Positions 29,490 to 38,945 of a DNA stretch of 46,064 nucleotides are shown here, in pieces (the stretch's first letter is position 1; every line of letters starts with the position of its first letter). The position numbers and the translations under genes are program-made. The notes under the pieces were generated by a model. It saw only the letters and a list, made by a program, of their open reading frames with translations, ran no database searches and was not told the origin of the DNA. Source of the DNA: Candidatus Omnitrophota bacterium (lineage in GTDB: Bacteria; Ratteibacteria; UBA8468; MWAK01); the NCBI GenBank assembly GCA_043826355.1, contig JBDRQI010000035.1, forward strand, positions 1-46,064. The letters are read 5' to 3'.

Positions 29490-30381
29490 ACGGGTTGGTC
29501 CAGGCGCGGTTACCCTGTCGGTCAACCACTTCCACCCGGACGTATTTCCAGTTTTTGTCGATGGGGCATTTTAAGTCCGTTATCTCCTTTTTACCGTCCG
29601 CATAGAAACTCTGCCCGCTTGCCTGGCGGCCGATTAAATGCGCCTCTTTTACCGCCGAGCACCGCAGTACGACCTCATTATTTTCGATGCGGCAGTCTTT
29701 GATGGTCGGTCCGCAGGAGGCGTAAAAGGACCCGGCCCGGAGCGCCTCCATAATGGAATCCGCATCGAGCCGCCGGGCTTTAATCATGGTCCACCCCATA
29801 AAGATGTCCCTGTCCCTGTGGACATCATCCGAAGCGACCGCGGAGACTATTTCACCGGAAGCCAGGAGGTCATCCCACTGAACCGAACTGAAGCCCTTGC
29901 CGATTTTGGTGCAGGTGGCGTTATAAACCTCAACAGCGATGTATCCTTTAACCGCACGCAGTTCGTTGATGGTGTGTCCGCACCAGTAGGGATGGGCGAA
30001 GATGGTTTCGCCGCCGGCTTGGCGCGCTATCTTAATCCGGGTATTCGCGTCACTGTCTTCCGAAAATTCCAGGCTAAACGGAACGTTAAGGCAGACCAAA
30101 TGGTAAAGATTTCCGCCATTTGGACAGGCCGGATGAGTTTCGATGCCGCTCAATACCAGGAACTTTTCGGATGAGAGCCCATTAACGTCGTTGATTTTTC
30201 TGTGGTCGGTAATCGCCAGGACGGAATAGCCCTTTTCCCGGTATTGCGCGATTCGTTCCGGGACGGTGCTGTCTCCGTCCGAGGCGGTAGTGTGGGTGTG
30301 CAGGTTGGCTTTATACCAGGCGCCTTTCTGTTGGAAAGGATTCACCGGTTTTTTTTTATATATTTTGCTTTCCGTTGACAT
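29479..30381 (-). CDS. PHP-domain (CehA/McbA-like) metallohydrolase
   Basis: NLHTHTTASDG, ITDH, GIE, AHPYW, EVYN, SDDVH, AWTNP. Confidence 0.85.
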   Translation of the reverse strand: MSTESKIYKKKPVNPFQQKGAWYKANLHTHTTASDGDSTVPERIAQYREKGYSVLAITDHRKINDVNGLSSEKFLVLSGIETHPACPNGGNLYHLVCLNVPFSLEFSEDSDANTRIKIARQAGGETIFAHPYWCGHTINELRAVKGYIAVEVYNATCTKIGKGFSSVQWDDLLASGEIVSAVASDDVHRDRDIFMGWTMIKARRLDADSIMEALRAGSFYASCGPTIKDCRIENNEVVLRCSAVKEAHLIGRQASGQSFYADGKKEITDLKCPIDKNWKYVRVEVVDRQGNRAWTNPFIL

Positions 30382-30392
30382 TTGGTCTCCTT

Positions 30393-30479
30393 TTTGCGTA
30401 GGGGTCGGATTCCCGCCTGAGGCGGATCTGCGACATCCGACCCGCGGGCGCCATGAACGCCATGAATGGCGCCCCTACA
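30393..30479 (+). repeat. GTAG-type REP doublet (REPIN/BIME-like)
   Basis: GTAGGGGTCGGAT...ATCCGACCC followed by an inverted unit GGGCGCCAT...ATGGCGCCCCTAC; the first unit recurs at 19659-19712. Confidence 0.8.
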
Positions 30480-30978
30480 CGTTGCGCAGCGCGGAAAAAA
30501 ATTTCAGGTATGATTCGGTACGGTAATCCGGATAAGTCCAGGCCAGCGTTTCAAACGTTCCCTTGCGGAAAAGAAGCGTTATTTCCGCGTATATCCCCGA
30601 TTTCAGGTAGATGCGGTGGCTGAAATCCTTGGTGGAAGCAAGGATAATTTTTGCCGGTGTCAGGATTCCCGGGTCAAGGTTAATTTGGCGTTTTTTATTT
30701 CGGCTGCAAGTTTCTTCCAGGCGATTGGTGAATAGTTTGATTGAAGCCAACTTTTCCGGGGAAACCATACGTTTAAAAGCCACAAATTTTCTCAAGAGGT
30801 TCTTTCCCATCTCCGGCGTGTAATAGTCGGTAAATTCAAAAGGAATAAGTTCACTTTCCAACAGGACCGGGCCGAATTTCTTCGTCAGGATGTCGGTTGT
30901 CGCGGAAAAGAGTTTTGGGTTTCCGCTGAGCATGCCGACAAAAAGGCGGGCCGGTTCCGGTTTTTTAGGCGTTCCCAT
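30475..30978 (-). CDS. DUF4416 family protein
   Basis: TDYY..EMG, KLFTN.LE, RQINLDPG, LASTKDFSHRIYL..GIYAE, WTYPDY; start MGTPKKP at 30978. Confidence 0.85.
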   Translation of the reverse strand: MGTPKKPEPARLFVGMLSGNPKLFSATTDILTKKFGPVLLESELIPFEFTDYYTPEMGKNLLRKFVAFKRMVSPEKLASIKLFTNRLEETCSRNKKRQINLDPGILTPAKIILASTKDFSHRIYLKSGIYAEITLLFRKGTFETLAWTYPDYRTESYLKFFSALRNV

Positions 30979-31636
30979 TGAGTGAACGGTCTTTAGCCGA
31001 ACAGAGACAGAGACCGCAGATGTTTTGCCCGATGCCTTTCCGGCTGCAGGTATCTTTGATGAATTCACGGCAAACCGTAAGGTCAAAATTATCGGGTTCC
31101 GTTTTGATTGCGCTGACCGGACAACGGGAAAGGCAGCGGGTACATTCTCCGCAACCGAAAGAAATTAGTTTCCCGGCATCAAGGGGAGCGTCGGTCAGGA
31201 CGGCTGAGAGGCGCACCCGGCTTCCGAAATCCGGCGTAACCAGAAGGTTGTTTCGGCCGATCCAACCCAGTCCGGCGTTTAGGGCAAGTTGCCGAAGGGA
31301 AAGAAGGCCTTTCTGTTCTTTCCAGTCAATTACCTGGCTGGCCGGAACCGGCAGCCCGGAAAAACCGTTCTGCCGGAGAAGTTCTGAAGCCAGCGTTCCA
31401 ACCCGGTCAAGGAGATAGTTAACTTGGCGGTAGTGGTGCAGGTAAAGGAGGTCCGGGCCCTCGGAAAGCAGGTCCAGAACAGCGTTCGATAAAGGAAAGG
31501 CGTAAACCACCGCCGAAGCAAAGTGGCCCTGAAGATCTTTTGGCAGAAAGACCGAGTCATTTTTTGTCAACCCGGTTACGCCCCAGAGCGGAATCGTCTG
31601 CTTTTCAAAAAACTCCGCCAAGAGATTTTTATCCAT
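30965..31636 (-). CDS. QueG/reductive-dehalogenase-like 4Fe-4S protein
   Basis: PASQVIDW, AGLGWIGRNNL, FGSRVRL, CGECTRCLSRCP, CGLC; start MDKNL at 31636. Confidence 0.8.
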   Translation of the reverse strand: MDKNLLAEFFEKQTIPLWGVTGLTKNDSVFLPKDLQGHFASAVVYAFPLSNAVLDLLSEGPDLLYLHHYRQVNYLLDRVGTLASELLRQNGFSGLPVPASQVIDWKEQKGLLSLRQLALNAGLGWIGRNNLLVTPDFGSRVRLSAVLTDAPLDAGKLISFGCGECTRCLSRCPVSAIKTEPDNFDLTVCREFIKDTCSRKGIGQNICGLCLCSAKDRSLNGNA

Positions 31637-31681
31637 ATTTAGCGTACAAGTAGTGTTGTTTTTCTTCGCGAGTGGGGATAT

Positions 31682-31837
31682 TCCGGTTCGTAAAACTTCA
31701 CGAAGTGTCAGGTACAAAACAAGCAGAACGAGCAAATGAGTGGCCGTGGCTCGCCTTGAATTATAGGCGGGAATACGGAAACCTCGTTTGCGAGTTGCGT
31801 AGTTTTGTCTGACACGCAGGGCGTTTTACGAATCGGA
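31682..31837. repeat. Long imperfect hairpin element (about 155 nt)
   Basis: Paired arms ccggttcgtaaaac/gttttacgaatcgg, gtgtcag..acaaaac/gttttgtctgacac and gcaaatgag/ctcgtttgc. Confidence 0.75.
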
Positions 31838-31866
31838 CATCCGAGTATTTAGTATAACACGAATAT

Positions 31867-31895
31867 TTGACATTTTCTAATCTTTCCGGTATAAC
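31867..31895 (+). promoter_or_regulatory. Sigma70 promoter of dnaG-rpoD
   Basis: TTGACA-17 bp-TATAAC. Confidence 0.75.
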
Positions 31896-31921
31896 AATAT
31901 AAAATTTTGTTTTTCGGAGAA

Positions 31922-31945
31922 CGCCGTCTAAAGCCTGCGGCTACC
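31922..31945 (-). repeat. Degenerate GTAG REP-like unit in the dnaG leader
   Basis: Minus strand reads GGTAGCCGCAGGCTTTAGACGGCG. Confidence 0.4.
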
Positions 31946-31973
31946 TTTAAACAGGGGAAAAGTTTCGGAATTT

Positions 31974-33725
31974 ATGGGTCACCAAATTAACCGGGCGGTG
32001 CTTGACCGCATCCGGGAAAATACCGATATTGTTGAGGTGATATCCAACTATATTACCTTAAAAAAAGCCGGCCGGAATTTCAAAGCCCTCTGCCCTTTTC
32101 ACAGCGAAAAGACGCCTTCATTTACGGTTACTCCGGAAAAGGGCATATTTCATTGTTTTGGGTGCGGCGCCGGCGGCGATGTCATCTCTTTCGTAATGAA
32201 GATGGAGAAGACTGAATTCCCCGAAGCCGTGGTTATCCTGGCCAAGAAAGCCGGTATTGATTTGGAACTCAGATCCGGCGATGACCGGGGAAATGAGGTG
32301 CGGGCCAAAATTCTGCAATTAAACTATAAGGCCGCCGTATTTTTTCACGAATGCCTTTTGCGGGAAAAAGAAGCCGAACCGGCGCGGGCTTATTTAAGGA
32401 AACGGAATATAAATCCGGAAACAATCCAAAAATTCCTGCTTGGTTTTGCGCCCGCTTCTTTTCAGACGGAAAATTTTTTACGGAAGGAAGGTTTCAGCCG
32501 TACTGACCTGGAGAACGCCGGACTTAAATTTTACCAACGCGTAACCTTTCCCATCTTTAATCTTTCCGGGGAATGCGTGGGGTTTGGAGCCCGAAGCATT
32601 AACGGAGCCAACCCTAAATATTTGAATTCGGCCGAAAATCCGGCTTTCAGCAAAGGGAATATCCTTTACGGACTTAATTTAAGCCGTCAGGCAATCAGGG
32701 ACAAGGGAGAGGTTATTTTGGTTGAGGGCTATCTGGACCTGATTAAACCATTTCAAAACGGTTTTGAAAATATTGTCGCAAGTTTAGGAACGGCCGTTAC
32801 GCCCAATCAAGCCAAATTAATTCACCATTTTACCAACCGGGTGGTTCTTCTTTTTGATAGCGATGCAGCCGGAAAAGCGGCCGCTTTAAGGAATATGGAA
32901 GCTTTAAATATCGGTACGATTCTGATGAATGATCTCGATGTGGAAATTGTCCTTTTGCCGGAAGGTCTTGACCCTGATTCTCTGATTGACAAGCAGGGCC
33001 GGGCGGCAATGGAGGATTTGCTTGAGAAGAGAAAAAACCCGATTTTGTTCTGGCTGGAAATGACGGGGCGCGGCCGAAACCTGGATCGTTTGGAAGAACG
33101 AATTGCGGTTGCCCGGGAAACTTTACCGTTAATTCGTTCCTTTCACAGTCCCTTGAAACTCAACGAGTATTTAACTCTTTTAGCCCAGAAACTGCAATTG
33201 AACGAAGATGCGTTACGGCTGGAATTTCAAGGAACACTGAGAAAAAAAAGCGGGGAAAAAAATCAAAGAGGTGAAGAAAAAATGCTGGATAACCGTCAGA
33301 AAGGTATGATTGATGCCGAGCAGAAAGTTCTGGCCACAGCTCTTTCCCAAACGTATTTTCGGAAATGCTTGAAGGAAACATTGACGGAAGACGATTTCAC
33401 GGAGCCGCAACACAAGGTTATTTTTCAGACCGTAATCGGCCTTTTGGATGACGAAGGTGAAAATAAGCTGCGGGGAAAATTGGGTGATAATCAAGAATTA
33501 ATGGAAGCGCTTTCCCGGATAATCACTTGTTTGACGGCGAGCAGCGGTAACCCGGAAAATCTTTTTTTCGAAGCGCGGGATTGGTTGCTTAATCAGCGGC
33601 GGGAAAAGATGCAAAAAAAGCCGCTTTTTGAAGAAAAGATTAAAAATAACGAAGAGCCGGACCTGGAGGCGATGCGCAGTTTCCAGGACCTGGTACAAGC
33701 GCGTCATAAGGAGGAACGCAGATGA
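31974..33725 (+). CDS. dnaG: DNA primase
   Basis: CPFHSEKTPSF, HCFGCG Zn finger, PKYLNS, VEGYLD, FDSDAAG, DPD. Confidence 0.96.
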   Translation: MGHQINRAVLDRIRENTDIVEVISNYITLKKAGRNFKALCPFHSEKTPSFTVTPEKGIFHCFGCGAGGDVISFVMKMEKTEFPEAVVILAKKAGIDLELRSGDDRGNEVRAKILQLNYKAAVFFHECLLREKEAEPARAYLRKRNINPETIQKFLLGFAPASFQTENFLRKEGFSRTDLENAGLKFYQRVTFPIFNLSGECVGFGARSINGANPKYLNSAENPAFSKGNILYGLNLSRQAIRDKGEVILVEGYLDLIKPFQNGFENIVASLGTAVTPNQAKLIHHFTNRVVLLFDSDAAGKAAALRNMEALNIGTILMNDLDVEIVLLPEGLDPDSLIDKQGRAAMEDLLEKRKNPILFWLEMTGRGRNLDRLEERIAVARETLPLIRSFHSPLKLNEYLTLLAQKLQLNEDALRLEFQGTLRKKSGEKNQRGEEKMLDNRQKGMIDAEQKVLATALSQTYFRKCLKETLTEDDFTEPQHKVIFQTVIGLLDDEGENKLRGKLGDNQELMEALSRIITCLTASSGNPENLFFEARDWLLNQRREKMQKKPLFEEKIKNNEEPDLEAMRSFQDLVQARHKEERR

Positions 33726-34876
33726 ACAAGGAAAAGAATAAAAAAATTAAGGGTCTGATTGAAAAAGGAAAACGCCAGAAACATCTTTCCTATGACGAAA
33801 TCAATGAAATCCTGCCGGAAAACCTGTACGCCCCGGAAGAGATTGAAGAGATATTCAGCCAGTTAAGCGATTTGCAGATTACGATCGAGGATGAGGACAA
33901 CGGGTCTTTTATACTCCACGAGGAAGAAATAGAAGAAGAGCGCCTGGCGTTGGAAGAGGTCCGTAACCCCCTGCGCTCTTATCTGAAAGAAGCCGGGGGG
34001 ATATCGTTGCTCAACCATGACCAGGAAGTAGAAATTGCCCGAAATATTGAAGAAGTAAAAAATGACTATCAGAGTGCGATTGATCGAAAGGCCAGCAATG
34101 CTCAGCTCGCGGTTTTGGAAAAGAGGCTTGATAAACTGAAGGCGCAGTTGATTCAGGCAAATCTGCGGCTGGTTATCAACATCGCCAAAAAATACTCCAA
34201 CCCGAAACTTACCCTGCGGGATCTCATTCAGGAAGGCAATATCGGGTTAATGAAAGCGGTGGAGAAGTTTCGGTTCCGGGAGGGTTATAAATTTTCCACC
34301 TATGCTACCTGGTGGATCCGTCAGGCGATCACCCGGGCGATCGCGGACCATTCTTCCACAATTCGAATCCCGGTGCACATGCGCGAAAAGATAAACAAAT
34401 TAAACAAGGTTTCCCGGTTTTTGGTTCACGAACTTGACCGAGAACCAACTCCGGATGAGATTGCCCGTAAGATTCAGGTTGCGCCGGATAAGATTCGCAT
34501 GATTCTTAAAAGCATGCAGCGGGAACCGATTTCTCTGGAAACTCCGGTCGGCGATGACGAAAAAACAACCTTTGGAGATTTTATCGAGGACCGGGAAACA
34601 GAAACTCCGGCATCCGCGGCTACTTACGCCCTGCTTCAGGAAGAGTTGGAGAAAATCTTTGAACAACTGGATGACCGGGAGGAGAGTATTATCAAGAAGC
34701 GGTTTGGAATAGGCCCGGACGGTTACCCCAAAACCCTGGAAGAAGTGGGGGAATCTTTTAATCTTACCCGGGAACGAATTCGCCAGATTGAAAGCAAAGC
34801 ACTGGAAAAATTGAGGGTTTCCAACCAGTTGAGCCGGCTGGCTTCCTTCTTGCGGTGGTACCGGAGCTCCACCTAA
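33722..34876 (+). CDS. rpoD: Primary sigma-70 factor
   Basis: Region 1.1, ANLRLVINIAKKY, DLIQEGNIGLMKAVEKF, FSTYATWWIRQAITRAIAD, TLEEVG, TRERIRQIE; ATGA-coupled to dnaG. Confidence 0.92.
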   Translation: MNKEKNKKIKGLIEKGKRQKHLSYDEINEILPENLYAPEEIEEIFSQLSDLQITIEDEDNGSFILHEEEIEEERLALEEVRNPLRSYLKEAGGISLLNHDQEVEIARNIEEVKNDYQSAIDRKASNAQLAVLEKRLDKLKAQLIQANLRLVINIAKKYSNPKLTLRDLIQEGNIGLMKAVEKFRFREGYKFSTYATWWIRQAITRAIADHSSTIRIPVHMREKINKLNKVSRFLVHELDREPTPDEIARKIQVAPDKIRMILKSMQREPISLETPVGDDEKTTFGDFIEDRETETPASAATYALLQEELEKIFEQLDDREESIIKKRFGIGPDGYPKTLEEVGESFNLTRERIRQIESKALEKLRVSNQLSRLASFLRWYRSST

Positions 34877-34989
34877 TACCGATTCGCCTTCAATCAGATA
34901 GCATCGTTACCCGAGTCCTCGGCTTCGTCGGCGTATATCCAGTATGCCTCCTGGCCTTACCTTGCTCTCTGATTGAATTCGAACCGGTA
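34877..34989. repeat. Imperfect hairpin element (about 113 nt) after rpoD
   Basis: taccgattcg/cgaaccggta, ttcaatcaga/tctgattgaa and ggcgtat/gtatgcc stems; shares termini with 31682-31837. Confidence 0.75.
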
Positions 34990-35019
34990 TAATCTAATTT
35001 TGAACGCAAAATTAACCTT

Positions 35020-35778
35020 ATGCTGCTTGCGCTTGATCTGGGGAATACCGTTTTGAAAGCCGGCCTGATTTCGGAAGAGGGCCGGGTGCTCCGGAAGATG
35101 CGTCTCATCCACAAAAAGGGCGACGCTTCTTTTTTGGAAGCTCTGAAGAAAGCCGGCTGGCCCCGAGGCATTACCGAAATGAAACTGGCTTCAGTCGTGC
35201 CCGGTTTGACCGTAAAAGTTGTCCGGGTTTTGGAAGACATTATCGGATTTCCGGTAAAAGTCATGGCGCAAAATGATTTGCCGATAAAAGTCTTGGTGCG
35301 CCGCCCGAAAGAGGTAGGTATTGATCGGATTCTCAACGCCTTGGCCGCCGGACGTCTTTACGGAAAACCTGCGGTGGTAATTGACTGCGGCACCGCGCTT
35401 ACCTTTGACCTGGTGACCAAATCCGGTGATTATGACGGCGGTATTATTGCGCCGTCTCCGGAGATCAGCCGTGACTATTTAACCGAGAAGACCGCTCTTC
35501 TGCCCAGAGTGAGATTGACGCCACCACAATCGGTTGTCGGGAAAAATACGGATGAATCTTTGAGATCGGGACTGGTCTTTGGATTAGCCGATTTGGTGAG
35601 CGGACTGCTGCTGCGCCTGAAGAAGGAATGGCAGCCGGAATTCAAAATAATCGGAACCGGAGGCGGCCTGGCTGTTCTCCGGCCCTATCTTTCCGAAAAA
35701 GTTATCTTTGATCCGAATCTCACCCTGAAAGGCATCTATCTGACGACAACGAACGGTAGAAAAGTTCACACTATTTGA
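35020..35778 (+). CDS. coaX: Type III pantothenate kinase
   Basis: LDLGNT, SVVP, VGIDR, IDCGTALTFD, GGIIAP, GKNT, GTGG, LTLKG. Confidence 0.93.
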   Translation: MLLALDLGNTVLKAGLISEEGRVLRKMRLIHKKGDASFLEALKKAGWPRGITEMKLASVVPGLTVKVVRVLEDIIGFPVKVMAQNDLPIKVLVRRPKEVGIDRILNALAAGRLYGKPAVVIDCGTALTFDLVTKSGDYDGGIIAPSPEISRDYLTEKTALLPRVRLTPPQSVVGKNTDESLRSGLVFGLADLVSGLLLRLKKEWQPEFKIIGTGGGLAVLRPYLSEKVIFDPNLTLKGIYLTTTNGRKVHTI

Positions 35779-36686
35779 ATCATTTTTTTGATTCGGTCAA
35801 CCCGGCGCTTTACGTCGGAAATATTTATTTTTTCCAACGCCCCGATTCCGAAATCCTCAACCGTAAAGGAAGCCACCACCGCTCCGTAAATCAAGGATTT
35901 GCTCAGGCTGGCGGCAGAATAATCACCGGCGGATGCAAGGTACCCGGTAAAGCCGCCGCCGAAACTGTCACCGGCGCCGGTGGGGTCGGAGACGCCGATA
36001 GTGGGGAAGGCCGGCGTAAAGAAGAGTTCATCTTTTCCGGAGGCCAGGAGCACTCCGTGCTCCCCTTTTTTGACGATTGCGATTTTCGGGCCCAACTTTA
36101 GAATATCACGGCAGGCGGCTATCAGATTTTCCTGACCGGTAAGCATCCTGGCCTCTTCGTCGTTTAAGAGGCAGACGTCCACCTTTCTCAACAATTTTTT
36201 GAGTTCCGGAAGTCTGGTTTTTATCCAGAGGTTCATCGTGTCGCAAACCACCAGTTTGGGGGATTTGACCTGTTTCAGGGTTTTCAACTGGATTTCCGGG
36301 TCTATGTTTGCCAGAAAAACATATTCTGCATTCCGGTAGTGTTCCGGAAGTTCCGGCGAAAACCCTTCCATAACGTTCAGGGAGCAAGAGACGGTTTCGG
36401 CTTCTTTAAGCTCTTTTTTGTAGCGGCCGCACCAGCGGAAGGTCTTGCCCGGCCGGACCTGAATCCCGGTTGTATCGATCCTTCTTTTTCTGAATTTTTC
36501 AATCTGCGCCGCGGGAAAATCGGACCCGACGACACCGAGCAGGCGGACCGGTACAAACAAACTGGCCGCATAGGAGAAATAGGTTGCGGAACCGCCCAGG
36601 ATTTCTTTCTTTTCTCCAAACGGAGTTTTGATGGTATCAAAGGCGATTGAACCGACGACCAGAATGTCCGAAGAAATTTTTTTCAC
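35766..36686 (-). CDS. PfkB family carbohydrate kinase
   Basis: VGSIAFD, LGGSATY, DTMN.WI, KKGEHG, DPTGAGDSFGGG. Confidence 0.92.
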   Translation of the reverse strand: MKKISSDILVVGSIAFDTIKTPFGEKKEILGGSATYFSYAASLFVPVRLLGVVGSDFPAAQIEKFRKRRIDTTGIQVRPGKTFRWCGRYKKELKEAETVSCSLNVMEGFSPELPEHYRNAEYVFLANIDPEIQLKTLKQVKSPKLVVCDTMNLWIKTRLPELKKLLRKVDVCLLNDEEARMLTGQENLIAACRDILKLGPKIAIVKKGEHGVLLASGKDELFFTPAFPTIGVSDPTGAGDSFGGGFTGYLASAGDYSAASLSKSLIYGAVVASFTVEDFGIGALEKINISDVKRRVDRIKKMIQIV

Positions 36687-37495
36687 TGGGACAGTTCCCG
36701 GGCGCGGTTTCGGGCCGCCCTCAAGGCGAAACCGAATATCTTCCGGATTCCGGTTTTTTCCAGGACCAGGACGGCGGCTTCAGTCGTTCCTCCGGCAGAG
36801 GTAACCGCAGCTCGCAGTTGTCCGGCTGGTTCGTCTTTGGCCAGTAAGGCGGAAGCCAGGGCAGTCTGCCGCGCCATCTTCGCGGAATCTTCTGCTGAGA
36901 TTCCGAATTTCTGGGCGTATTCGGAGAGTATTTCCATCAAAAGGAAAAAATAGGCCGGACCGCTTCCGGAAAGGGCGGTTACCAGGTCCATCTTTTCTTC
37001 CGCAATTTCGGATACTTCTCCGAAGTTAGCGAAGAGACGGGATACCGTTTTAAGTTCGGCTGGTCGGACAAAACGGCCCGGACTGTAAAAACTCATTCCG
37101 GCGCCGACCTTTATGCCGATATTGGGCATTACCCGCACTACCGGTATTCGGCCCAATCTTTGTTCCAGATACCTGGTTGGAACACCGGCCAGAATAGAAA
37201 CAACCAATTTTCTTTTTTCGATGGCTGTCATTTCCTTTAAAACACTTTCTTTATCTTGCGGCTTTACGGCCAGAAGGCAGATGTCGGAAAGGGAGACAAG
37301 TTCCGGAATATTCCGGGTGGTTTTAACCGGGTAGTTTGAGGTTAACCCGGTATATTGTCGGGGGTCACGGTCATAAATCAGAATTTCTCCGGTCGTGACG
37401 GCTTTAGATTTCAGGAGGCCGGTAGCTATTGCTGAACCCATCTTACCCGCGCCCACTATTCCCAACATCTTGAGTTGTAAGTTTTTACCATTCAC
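36683..37495 (-). CDS. proC: Pyrroline-5-carboxylate reductase
   Basis: GAGKMG, AVKPQ, SILAG, RVMPN, SGSGPAY, VTSAGGTT. Confidence 0.95.
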   Translation of the reverse strand: MNGKNLQLKMLGIVGAGKMGSAIATGLLKSKAVTTGEILIYDRDPRQYTGLTSNYPVKTTRNIPELVSLSDICLLAVKPQDKESVLKEMTAIEKRKLVVSILAGVPTRYLEQRLGRIPVVRVMPNIGIKVGAGMSFYSPGRFVRPAELKTVSRLFANFGEVSEIAEEKMDLVTALSGSGPAYFFLLMEILSEYAQKFGISAEDSAKMARQTALASALLAKDEPAGQLRAAVTSAGGTTEAAVLVLEKTGIRKIFGFALRAARNRARELSQ

Positions 37496-37542
37496 CTTTT
37501 ACGAAAAATACCAGAAGCCCCGCCTTGCAGGCGGGGCTTCTG
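37496..37542. repeat. Dispersed hairpin element, copy A (IS200/IS605 end-like)
   Basis: CTTTTACGAAAAATACCAGAAGCCCCGCCTTGCAGGCGGGGCTTCTG; homologous to 40594-40642. Confidence 0.7.
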
Positions 37543-37550
37543 AGCTGTTT

Positions 37551-38288
37551 TTACTCTCCTTCCACTTCACCCACCTGAATGTTAAGGTCGGAGCGGTTTT
37601 CAATTCGTTCTACCTGCCCGTCCCGGATCCAGATCACCCGGTCGGAAATATCCAGCATCTTCAGGTCGTGCGTAGCGGTGATTACCGAAACACCCTGTTT
37701 GCGGTTCATCTCTTTCAGAAGTCCTATTATTTCCTTGCCGGTCTTCAGGTCAAGATTTCCGGTCGGTTCATCGGCCAGGATGATGGCCGGAGAGTTGGCA
37801 AATGCCCGGGCGATGGCCACCCGCTGCTGCTGGCCTCCGGAAAGTTCAAAAGGTTTATGCTGGATACGCTCGCCCAGACCGACCAGCTCCAGCAACTGCC
37901 TCCCTTTATCTACCGATTCATCGTGGCCGATTCCGGCAAAAATCATCGGGAGCGTTACATTTTCCAAAGCGGTCATTACCGGGATCAGATTAAACGTCTG
38001 GAAAATATAACCAATCTTTCGACAGCGCAGCCATGCCAGTTCAAAAGCATCAAGTTGCGCGACGTCCACTTCGTCAATATAGACGCGGCCGCTGCTGGGT
38101 TTGTCCAAACCGCCGATCATATTAAAAAGAGTGGTTTTACCGGAACCGGAAGGACCCATAATGGAGATATATTCACCCTGGTTTATTTCCAGGTCGATAC
38201 CCTTTAAAACTTTTAGTTCAATGCGGCCCAACATGAAATTCTTTTCCACATCAACCGTGCGTACCACTATCTCTTTTTTTTCTGGCAT
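37551..38288 (-). CDS. ABC transporter ATP-binding protein (LolD/MacB family)
   Basis: [37 protein letters not shown]. Confidence 0.95.
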   Translation of the reverse strand: MPEKKEIVVRTVDVEKNFMLGRIELKVLKGIDLEINQGEYISIMGPSGSGKTTLFNMIGGLDKPSSGRVYIDEVDVAQLDAFELAWLRCRKIGYIFQTFNLIPVMTALENVTLPMIFAGIGHDESVDKGRQLLELVGLGERIQHKPFELSGGQQQRVAIARAFANSPAIILADEPTGNLDLKTGKEIIGLLKEMNRKQGVSVITATHDLKMLDISDRVIWIRDGQVERIENRSDLNIQVGEVEGE

Positions 38289-38309
38289 GTAGCCCCCTTT
38301 TAGCGTATT

Positions 38310-38945
38310 TTAAACTTCGCGACGGATGGCTTCCGCCGGTTCCAGCCGGGCCGAAAGATAAGTTGGGTAGATGGCTCCGATAATGGCAATAACGGTTCCC
38401 AAGACAACGGAAAAAAGTAGTAATTTAATGATGGAAAAATAGGGAATATAAGGAGCAATCTGCCCGCCGTAACGGAAAATGAACGAAATAATGATGGCTG
38501 TTGCGCCGACAAGACTGCCGGCCAGAGAACCCACCAATCCCTGCAGGGCTGATTCAATCAGGAAAATTTGCATGATAAAGCTATTCAGAGCGCCAAGACA
38601 CTTCATCGTTCCAATTTCGCGGCTGCGTTCGCTGACCGCCATGAGCATTGAGTTGGTAATGCCGACAACGCATACCAGGAGCGAAAGGCTTACCAGCCAG
38701 ATGTTGCGGGCCATGGAATCGGAAGCAGTGGCCGAAAGGCTGAACCGGATCGCTTCCGGGCCGTTTTTGAGTAGCGCGGAAGTAATTGTGCTGCTGGTGA
38801 GAATTGACATCAAAAAAGCCACGCCCAGAAATACGCTGGAGGAAACAACCAGTGCCCGTCCGAAGCGAATCCTGATGCTGCGCAGGCTCATTTTGAAGGC
38901 CTCGTTTTTGGGCAATGAAAGTTGTTTGCCGATTTTTTTAGCCAT
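38310..38945 (-). CDS. FtsX-like ABC permease (minimal, 4 TM)
   Basis: GITNSMLMAVSERSREIGTMKCLGA, YP...SARLEPAEAIR. Confidence 0.9.
   Translation of the reverse strand: MAKKIGKQLSLPKNEAFKMSLRSIRIRFGRALVVSSSVFLGVAFLMSILTSSTITSALLKNGPEAIRFSLSATASDSMARNIWLVSLSLLVCVVGITNSMLMAVSERSREIGTMKCLGALNSFIMQIFLIESALQGLVGSLAGSLVGATAIIISFIFRYGGQIAPYIPYFSIIKLLLFSVVLGTVIAIIGAIYPTYLSARLEPAEAIRREV

Noticed and set aside
31637..31735. N-terminal extension of the QueG-like ORF
   Set aside because: It runs through the hairpin element; family similarity begins near MDKNL at 31636.
37395..38207. 270-aa plus-strand ORF
   Set aside because: Typical antisense shadow of an ABC ATPase gene.
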